This document shows, piece after piece, positions 54,330 through 64,000 of a stretch of DNA of 64,000 bases. Positions within the stretch are counted from its first letter, which is position 1, and every line of letters starts with the position of its first letter. The stretch covers positions 311,798,001-311,862,000 of the forward strand of contig OZ024743.1 in assembly GCA_964016885.1 (NCBI GenBank). Reading direction: 5' to 3'. This DNA is from Eledone cirrhosa (taxonomy: Eukaryota). The position numbers were made by a program, and so were the translations under genes. The notes beneath the pieces were generated by a model, which was not told the origin of the DNA, did not search any database, and worked only from the letters and a program-made list of their open reading frames with translations.

Positions 54330-54900
54330 GCACAGGACACCTCAACATGTACTATAGATTAGTAAATCTGGAGCCATTTTCTCTTTCTCAAAAGAAGAAG
54401 GAGAGGAGGAGGAGAAACGTTGGCTGTGTTCAGACATGGAGGTTTAATTGGCCAAGACAGCACAGTGAGGGAGTTAAGCAACCATAGATTGCATTGATTC
54501 TCAAACAAGACATAACTCCTGAGAAAGAATAATGTACAGGGTGGGTTGAAAGAAACTCTCTGTTGAAAATTTCTTTTGGCATATTGTGACCACTCAGGAT
54601 AACATTCATGCAAGATGGGTTCCTTCCTCACAATGCATGTTCTGTCTGTCAGTGACTTGATGTCCAATTTTCAGGGTCATCAAGGTCCACATGAATGGCC
54701 ACCAAGAAGCCCTAATTTAACACCATGTGATTTAGTGCTGTTGGGGTGGGCAAACCAATAACTTTGACTCAATTGGAGGAATGCTTTCATCAAGTACTGA
54801 CCAACTCATCGCCAGAGTTCCAGTTGAAGTCAGTCAAGGATATACCCTAACAATTACAAACACTGGTGGACAACGCTGATGCCTATAAAGGCAATCATGT
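54330..54900 (+). pseudogene. Tc1/mariner DDD/E transposase remnant
   Basis: QDG..PH followed by GPHEWPPRSPNLTPCD..L.GWA (WPPRSPDLTP motif), with stops and frameshifts. Confidence 0.7.
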
Positions 54901-57041
54901 ATTAACAGTTCACAAAATAAAAGGCTGCTTCAGACTTAATCTTATTTGGGATCTCACTAACTACGAAGTGTATTTTATCATGACACTAACACTAGGGAGG
55001 TTATCATGTCTTTAACACAGTTGAAGAGTCCTCCTGACTCTTTGTTTCACAGGTTTTCTTGGTTGGGTGCGCTTCCTATCACCAATCACTTATACAGAGT
55101 CTACCAGGTGCATTTATCATGTAAATCACCAGCACTAGGGTGGCTGTCATTTTTAACACAGTTGAAGAGTCCTCCCAACCCTTTGTTTGGCAGGTTTTCT
55201 ATGGTTGGGTGCCCTTCCTATCACCAACCACTTATACAGAGTCTACTAGGTGCATTTATCATGTAAATCATCAGAACTAGGGTGGTTGTCATGTCTTTGG
55301 CACATCTAAATTAATTATTTGAAAAGTTTTATATACAAGATAGATTTAACAGTTCTGTTCTAAATTTAATGAAGAAAGATGTAATGATGTGAGATATTTG
55401 CAGACAATTTGACGAATAGAATGATTATTACAGAACAATCAAGACAAGTATTTTAATCAGTGAAACTGTTGAAGAATTTCTTAATTATTAACTGGGTCTT
55501 TGTATTTGAAGATTTTCTGTAGGTCACCTTTAATTTAAATCAAAAGAGAAATTTCTTTGTTTGAGAGGATATTTTACAGAAAATTTGATCGAAAAATGAT
55601 TTGTTTATTGAGGAATAATGCAATGGACAGCTGTAATCAATGGAACTTTTGATGTTGGACATTAAAATATTTATTATTGTAGGGTTTCATTTAGCGATAT
55701 GACACAAAGCACTCAATCCACACTGTAAAGTGGTTGTGTTGGTGACACCACAAAAAGTGCCCAGTCCACACTGTAAAGAGGTCGTTTTGGTACTATGATA
55801 AAAAGAACCCAGTCTACACTCTAAAGTGGTAGTTTGGGTGTCACAACAAAAAGCACCCAGTCCAACCTGTCAGTTGGTCATTTAAGTGCCATGCTAAAAA
55901 GCGCCCTGTCCACACCGCAAATGTGGTTGGTGTTAAGAAAGGCATAAAGCCATAAAAAAGAAGTCAGAAACAATTCTGTATGAACAAGACATGGTCAGCT
56001 GATCTCACAACATGACAACTTGTCTAACCCTTGCTAGCATGGAAAAATGGACATTAAACGATGATGATGATGATGATGATGATATTTCATTTAACAGCCA
56101 TCAGCAGTAGCATCACCATCACCATCATTATCACAATTGTCAAAACTGGACAAACTGAACCAACATGAAATAAAGTGTCTTGCTCAAAGACACAACACAC
56201 TGCCAGGAACCAAATTAATGACCTCATGGCTGGGGGTTGAACACCCTAACCACTAAGCCATACAACTTCCGACTAGATATCATATATTCTAATGCTATAT
56301 TAATTTTAGGATTATTATTACTGCGCTGGATTGGCAGTATCGGTAGAGGGTCAGACGCCATGCTTTGCAGCTAAGAGTTACGGCCCTTTATAGTCAAATC
56401 CCGCCGAGGTTAACTTTGCTTTTCATCCTTAAGGGGTCGATGAAGTAAAGCACCAGTAATAATAGTACTGGGATAATTGCTGGCCTTGTGCCAAAAGTAG
56501 AAATAATTATTACTAGTAGATTATATGGTTAGTATTACTATGAAAGTCAGTAAATTTTACATTGTATGTGGTATTTTGTTAGCCAAGACATTTTGAATTT
56601 AATTATTATGTTTTGGCTTTATTCACAGACACATACATATAGAAACAGAAGCACATCCACATATATATATATGTGTATATATATATATATATATCGGTAG
56701 ATATATGTGCATACATCATCATCATCCGTCCGCTTTTCCCTGCTTGCAAGGGTGGGACGGCAACTGAATCTGGCTTGATTTCTACAGCTGGATGCGCTTC
56801 CTAACACCAACCTCATTTACAGTGAGTGCTGGGTGCCTATTATCTCATTTCTACAGTAAACTGGAGCAATGTGAAATAAAGTGTCTTGCTCAAGGAAACA
56901 ACACATCACCCGGTCTGAGAATTGAACTCACAACCTTTCGATTGCAAGGCCAATGCCATGTGCCTCCATGTATATATATATATTTATTTACATATATATA
57001 TATACATATATTTATATATATAGGTATATATATATATGTGT

Positions 57042-57084
<43 letters not shown>

Positions 57085-57219
57085 GGTATATTTATATATA
57101 TAGGTATATATATATATATGTGTATACATATATATATATATGTATACATATATATATGTATACACATATATGCAATAAGGGAAAAGCGGACGTAATATGA
57201 TGATGATGATACATATATC

Positions 57220-57331
<112 letters not shown>

Positions 57332-57373
57332 CATATATAAATATATATACACATATACACACACATATATATA

Positions 57374-57438
<65 letters not shown>

Positions 57439-57703
57439 TTACATGAATGTATATTAGGCTTCTACATAAACTGGAAATATTCTCCGAATTTGTAGAAAAC
57501 TTATAATGAAACAATTGTTTGGAAAGAGAGATATATTTTAACTTTAATTATATCTCATAAAATAATACAACTGGCTTTTCCACATAATACACATTGTTAG
57601 CACCCCAAACACTTAAATTGGGTTTATATTAAAATATAACCTAATGTTTGTTGAGTGAGATGGTTACCAGTCAGAGATTAGCTTTAAACTATCTCTGTTA
57701 TTG

Positions 57704-57803
<100 letters not shown>

Positions 57804-58091
57804 CATGATGTTGAAGAATATTGGGTACATATATTTTTTTTGTTTATGTCTAATGTTTCTTCTTTCTTTATAATGTATTATATAGCTCTGATATTGAGTC
57901 AACCTAATTCATTCAGATTATTTTGTCCCTATTAATGATAGAGCAACAACGGTTAAGGTTGGCACCACACAAATTCAGGGATATATGTGTGTATATGCAT
58001 GTATATGTATGTATTTGCATGTATCTGTGTATTTCTTTTTATTGTGTATATATATATATACATATATTTATACCTATATACATATATATAC

Positions 58092-58127
<36 letters not shown>

Positions 58128-58131
<4 letters not shown>

Positions 58132-59245
58132 GGAAAAGAATGAAACTAAATTTCATTTCTCACTCTTAGTACGGCTGATACTTAAATATAAGTATGTATA
58201 CGTACATACATATATGTATACAGACGTACAGTAGTATATATATACATACATGCACACATATATATATGTACGTAGGGGTTTACCGGACATTTATTATAAT
58301 GTTTGGTTTGTCTGTAAACAGACAGCCCGAATTACGCCGTACAGTGCTCGGCAACCATCGTCGCCCTTTTGTTCAACACTGACACAGGAACAATGTACTT
58401 GTTTCAAGCTTATTAGCTATCGTCAGCATCGTATACCTTTTTGAAAGTATATACTTTCCTTATACATATTAACAGCTGAGCAGCTTAATTTGCATACCGA
58501 GTGAGTTAGTCGGCCGGGTGTACCGAAAACGATAAATGGAAAAGAATGAAACGAAATTTCATTTCTCACTCTTAGTACGGCTGATACTTAAATATAAGTA
58601 TGTATACGTACATAGATATATGTATACAGACGTACAGTAGTATGTATATATATACATACATGCACACATATTTATATGTACGTAGGGGTTTACCGAACAT
58701 TTATTATAATGTTCGGTTTGTTTGTAAACAAACAGCCCGAATTAAGCCGTACAGTGTATAATAAATGTGTGAATATATGTATGTATATACACACTACTGT
58801 ACGTCAGTATACATATATGTATGTACGTATACATACTTATATTTAAGTATCAGCCATACTAAGAGTGAGAAATGAAATTTCATTTTTTCAACTTATCGTT
58901 TTCGGTACGCCGAGCCGACTAACTCACCCGATATGCAAATTAGGCTGCTCAGCCGTTAATATGCATAAGGAAAGTATATACTTTCAAACGTTCAATCGAC
59001 TGACAGGAAGCTATACGATCCTGATGACAGGTAATAAGCTAGGAACTAGTTCATCGTTCCTTTGTCAGTGTTGAACAAAAGGGCAACGATGGTTGGCGAA
59101 CACTGTACGGCTTAATTCGAGTTGTTTTTTTACATTATAATAAATGTTCGGTAAACCCGTACGTACATATATATATATGTATGCATGTATATACACACTA
59201 CTGTACGTCTGTATACATATATGTATGTACGTATACATACTTATA
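58128..59245. mobile_element. 425-bp HHR family: about 1.5 tandem units (sense -) plus inverted arm (sense +)
   Basis: Unit start recurs at 58128 and about 58534, and the inversion is at about 58757. HHRs at 58390-58432 (-, CTGACGA core intact) and 59015-59057 (+, GAAA changed to GGAA, degenerate). Confidence 0.88.
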
Positions 59246-59546
59246 TTATGTATATATACATATATAAATATATATATATACACATATATATGTATATATA
59301 TATATATATATATATACATATATGTATATATATATATATACATATTCTAATCGATCGACTTTCATCAAATCGGACCAATTGGTCTTTCCAATTGCTAATA
59401 TTATCTATCGGTCGCAACTCCAGGTAGAAGAAGCAACGTGAAATAAAGTGTCTTGCTCAAGGACATAACGCATCGCCTGGTCCAGGAATCGAACTCACAA
59501 CCTTACGATTGCGAATCCAATTCTCTAACCACTCAGCCACACGCCT

Positions 59547-59769
<223 letters not shown>

Positions 59770-59995
59770 GTACATATATACATATGTACATATATATACA
59801 TATATATATATATACATATTGTTATACTTTGGGAGGGTCATGTTGCCAATAAGAAACACACGCACCAGTCGCTTTCACTTCAATTTATTATATATTTATA
59901 AATTTACAAATTTATAAATTTCTGGTTGGTTGGTTCCACAACCAGATAGTTGTTTATATATATAGTCATAGTTCTTTCGAAAGAAAGGAATCCCC

Positions 59996-60040
59996 AGTCA
60001 CTGAAGAGGTCACAGAGTGTGTGACGAAAGAACTATGACT
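59996..60040 (+). ncRNA. Type I hammerhead ribozyme in solo PLE tail palindrome (59817-60245)
   Basis: AGTCA-CTGAAGA-G-GTCACA(GAGTG)TGTGAC-GAAA-G(AA)C-TA^-TGACT. Confidence 0.85.
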
Positions 60041-60371
60041 ATATATAAACAACTATCTGGTTGTGGAACCAACCAACCAACCAGAAATTTATAAATTTGT
60101 AAATTTATAAATATATAATAAATTGAAGTGAAACAACTGGTGCGTGTGTTTCTTATTGGCAACATGACCCTCCCAAAGTATAACAATATCGGTTTCAACA
60201 CACGATTTCAGATAAAGAATCTTGCTAAACAAATTCAGAAACGAAATATATATACATACATATACATATATATACATATATATATATTTATATACATATA
60301 TATATATATGTATATACATATATATATATATGTATATAAATATATATGTATATGTATATATATATATGTTA

Positions 60372-60439
<68 letters not shown>

Positions 60440-60669
60440 GAAAAGTATAGAAATTATTGTAGCAAGAAGCCAATAGTATTCCATAATATATAAGTGACTC
60501 TCGCGTCAAAATGGAAAAATAGTTAACGTAAGATGTGGGAAAATAATTCAAACTCAATTAAAAAAGAATCAGGATATTGATTCATCCACAGAATTTGGTG
60601 AAATCTAGGGAAAAATCAATAGAGCCTTAACTCAGAATAAAATAAAGTTTAAAATACTCATCCTTCAAT

Positions 60670-60732
<63 letters not shown>

Positions 60733-60806
60733 GTATACATATATATATACATATATTTATATATATATATCTGTATATATATATGTATACATATATATAC
60801 ATAAAC

Positions 60807-60856
<50 letters not shown>

Positions 60857-60979
60857 ACGAGTAGGACCCCGACGGCTGAGCTCAAGCCGTTTCGACGGCT
60901 AATTCTGGACTCTACTACCCTAAGTATTGAGTACTTTGGTGTGTTATGGTCCACCTGGTTCCTTACCACATTTCCTTCG

Positions 60980-61046
<67 letters not shown>

Positions 61047-61267
61047 TATATACATATATACAGTATTTACATATCGAGAGAGAGAAAAAAAGGGGAGGAT
61101 AGGTGATACATATAGTTATTTGCCAAGTAGCGTATGCCAAAGGTGCTCGATACTAGTGTCGGCAGTATTAAATATTCGAAGTGTTAATATTTAGTGGGCT
61201 AGAGAGTAAGCACGTGGAAAAGTAAGAAATTGGAGAATAGACCGTTAAAACACGTTTATTTAAAACA

Positions 61268-61307
61268 GCAGCTACGTTCGTTTCGCCCAGTAGGACTTCT
61301 CAAGAGC
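61268..61307 (-). ncRNA. Putative U3-A8 variant hammerhead in the 3' UTR of the Nematis-like PLE
   Basis: gctc-TTGAGAA-GTCC(TACT)GGGC-GAAA-CG(AA)CG-TA^-gctgc. Stem I is imperfect. Confidence 0.6.
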
Positions 61308-61683
61308 ATAAATAACCAAAAGTGTTCCTTACATTGCTCGGAAAGAGTTTTGGGGGTTGAATTCACGTCAAGGTTCATTGCTCGCAAAAATAGCTTGTTT
61401 TGATTTTGCAGCAGGTCAAGGGAGGTAACTATGGCCGGTGTTAGAGCAGTCTTTCCCGGACAAATCTTTATCCGTTACAAGATGAGGTTACAACCTTACA
61501 ATTGTCGATACGCACAGGGTCATGTAACCAACGCTTATTTTGAGACGTTTGTTTTTCCGCACCTGTTTGTCTGGGTCGTTTGAGGCTGGGTCCGGTATGC
61601 ATGGTTAGTTTCCTGGGTGTTATTTTGCAGCGCCTGCCCGCCGGGGTGTTAAAAATTGTTGCAGAGAGATCCGGTGCACGGTT

Positions 61684-63216
61684 TTACTCCTCATCCTTAA
61701 CCCATCTGAAGAAGGATATTTTTAAGCGATGTGTACAACTTATCGCTGTATCAGCTCTTCTGTTGATGAGCTCGTGGGGTGCAGTTATGATGTAGTAGAG
61801 CTCCATGAGGCAAAGTTCGCACTTCCTCTTGAATTTGTACGGTGCAGCCCTGCCGACAATATCCCAGTGCGTGGAGAAGCTGATGTTTAAGTCTTTTAAT
61901 GATGTGATGTAGTCCGCGAGCGAAGTGGAGTGTCTTAGTTTTTTATTTGTGAAAGAGTGGAGATGTATTCGAAACCTAATTTTGTACGGGCCGGAGGTAG
62001 CCCCTATATAATGTTTAACGCTATTGTGGCTAGTTACAGTGCATCTATATATAACCCTATTAGTCAAGCAGTATCCTCTAAGGGGGCAGCGTCCTCTGTC
62101 GCGGCAGTTGCAATTTCTGTCGCGGTTCCATCTATTTCCCACGGTAAGGCTATGATTGTTGCTGCCTACGTTGTTACCTACGCTCCCGCAGCTGTCGTTA
62201 GCACCATTACAACCCACAGCACGCGGGGTTGGTGCGATTGTTATTCCGCACGTCATGTCCTGCATGTTCCCCAGTCATTTCGCGGTTATGCTGGTTGCGT
62301 CTGCGGAGGCCGTTGCCAGCACTATTGGATGCTGCTAGGGAGTTGTTAAGGCCGATATAGTTATTGTCAGGTGTAGGTGCGTCTGTGTCGAGGTGCTGTG
62401 TCTTGATGATCTTACTGTGGTTCGTTGTTCCTATGATGTCTGCTAGGTTAGGAGTAGTAGAGAAGGATATTTTTATATTGTTCCTATTGAGAATTTTTCT
62501 ATACCTATGGTTGGGCGGGAAGTTCTTCTCTAAGGCTTCGAAGAATATCCAGGGTATGTTGGAGGCCACACTCCGAGAATAGGGGGGTGGGTGGAACCAT
62601 AGGACGTTACAGTGGCGATTACGTGTCCTTGTACGTTTGCTACGGGTGGTTACATCTAGGTGACCGCTCTTATGTATGTTAATGCGCTGTAGCCCGTTAA
62701 GTGCCCCTTTCACTTTATGCTCGGGTGCACTCTTCTTCCCTCTTCCATGTTTATGTACAGGAAGATGTTGGTTGGAAGGCGTTGGTAGTAGGCCGTCGCC
62801 TTTGTTGGTTTTGTAGTAGGGGAATAGTTCGAGTAATCTACAGTGGTCACCGTCGCCGGGGTCGTGATCTTTAGTGCGATTATCTATTCTATTATATCCG
62901 ACTTCAACGAGGTCGCTGCGTGATCGGTTATAGGTATGGCTTACTATAACGTTCGTTTTATGAGGGGGGGGGGGTTCTAGAGCTAGCGTTAGGGATGTAG
63001 GAAATTCCTCGGTTAAAGCCGGCGCTTATCAAGGCCCTATTGTAGTAATCTGCCGCTTGGTTGAAGATATCCTCATTGGCGGATAGCCTCGAGATTCTAT
63101 GTGAGATACTACAGACTATGGAGTTGAGAGTCTGCTTAGGGTGGTTGGAGGCATAATTAATATAAGAGAGGCACTCTCCAGGCTTATGGTATGGCTTGTA
63201 TAAGCCCGTACTCAAC

Positions 63217-63220
<4 letters not shown>
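61684..63220 (-). pseudogene. Nematis-like PLE thumb, linker and GIY-YIG, 5'-truncated at (TA)n, frameshifted
   Basis: YKPYHKP...YINYASNHP, VLWFHPPPYS...FPPNHRYRKILNRNNIKISFS, CNCRDRGRCPLRGYC..VIYRCTV..YIGAT...CELCLMELYYI...LINRR. Confidence 0.85.
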
Positions 63221-63273
<53 letters not shown>

Positions 63274-63486
63274 CGTTTCTGAATTTGTTTAGCAAGATTC
63301 TTTATCTGAAATCGTGTGTTGAAACCGATATTGTTATACTTTGGGAGGGTCATGTTGCCAATAAGAAACACACGCACCAGTTGCTTTCACTTCAATTTAA
63401 TTTATTAAATATTTATAAATTTACAAATTTATAAATTTCTGGTTGGTTGGTTGGTTCCACAACCAGATAGTTGTTTATATATATAT

Positions 63487-63531
63487 AGTCATAGTTCTTT
63501 CGTCACACACTCTGTGACCTCTTCAGTGACT
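63487..63531 (-). ncRNA. Type I hammerhead ribozyme in PLE 3' UTR
   Basis: Identical to 59996-60040 and about 285 nt downstream of the GIY-YIG stop. Confidence 0.85.
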
Positions 63532-63815
63532 GGGGATTTCTTTCTTCGTTTCTGTGCCTTTCCTTTCTTCTATCCTACGCCATTTTGTTTGTGTGTGGGT
63601 TGCGTGCTCAGTTTGCGCATGCGCCACATCCGGGTGTCTGTGTGTGTTTGTGTTCATTTTTCTATTTTTCTATTTATATTTTTTTTATTTGTTTGTTTAT
63701 TTATTTATTTATTGTTGGTTGGTTGTTTGTTCTATGTGTGTGTGTGTTTTCATTTTGTGTGTGTTTTCAATTGTAAGTTGTTTGTTCGATGTGTGTGTGT
63801 GTTTTCATTTTGTCC

Positions 63816-63998
63816 TTAATTGTAAGTTGTGATGTTGCTGTTCCACTCATATTTTCTATTTAATTTTGGTTTTAATTCTTTTATGCTTACTGCCTCTGTA
63901 ATTTGCCTAAACATTGCGTCTTTCTTGTGTGTGGATTCTATTTTTATTTCTATGCTCTCTAATTTACCCCTGTGTTCTATCTTAGCATGTTGGTAGAG
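63816..63998 (-). CDS. C-terminal 60 aa of a PLE GIY-YIG endonuclease (continues beyond the window; not in the ORF track)
   Basis: Manual translation LYQHAKIEHRGKLESIEIKIESTHKKDAMFRQITEAVSIKELKPKLNRKYEW..* aligns with LYEHARQQHDGNIDNIEIRIISKHGNDPADRQIREA of 20657-21115. Confidence 0.8.
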   Translation of the reverse strand, partial: LYQHAKIEHRGKLESIEIKIESTHKKDAMFRQITEAVSIKELKPKLNRKYEWNSNITTYN

Positions 63999-64000
63999 CA

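Overview
AT-rich, microsatellite-dense eukaryotic DNA with no confidently identifiable host gene. The SINE complement (OK-like and other tRNA-derived SINEs) best fits an octopod cephalopod genome; this is inference. The window is almost entirely repeats. It holds five Penelope-like element (PLE) RT and/or GIY-YIG remnants, RTE, CR1-like and Tx1-like LINE fragments, a non-coding LTR element with a 4-bp TSD, Helitron-like and MITE elements, and many SINEs. The main discovery is a set of unrelated non-coding or PLE-tail repeat families, with units of about 310, 425, 630, 650, 710 and 850 bp plus shorter tails. Each carries its own type I hammerhead ribozyme (HHR), usually with a palindromic mini stem III. 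They sit in (TA)n tracts, occur as tandem copies and/or outward-facing inverted pairs, and share this architecture with the PLEs in the window. This looks like a diverse PLE-mobilised retrozyme community, including U3-A8 core variants and HHRs with very large stem II insertions. All ribozyme calls are hand-folded from sequence, and activity is untested.
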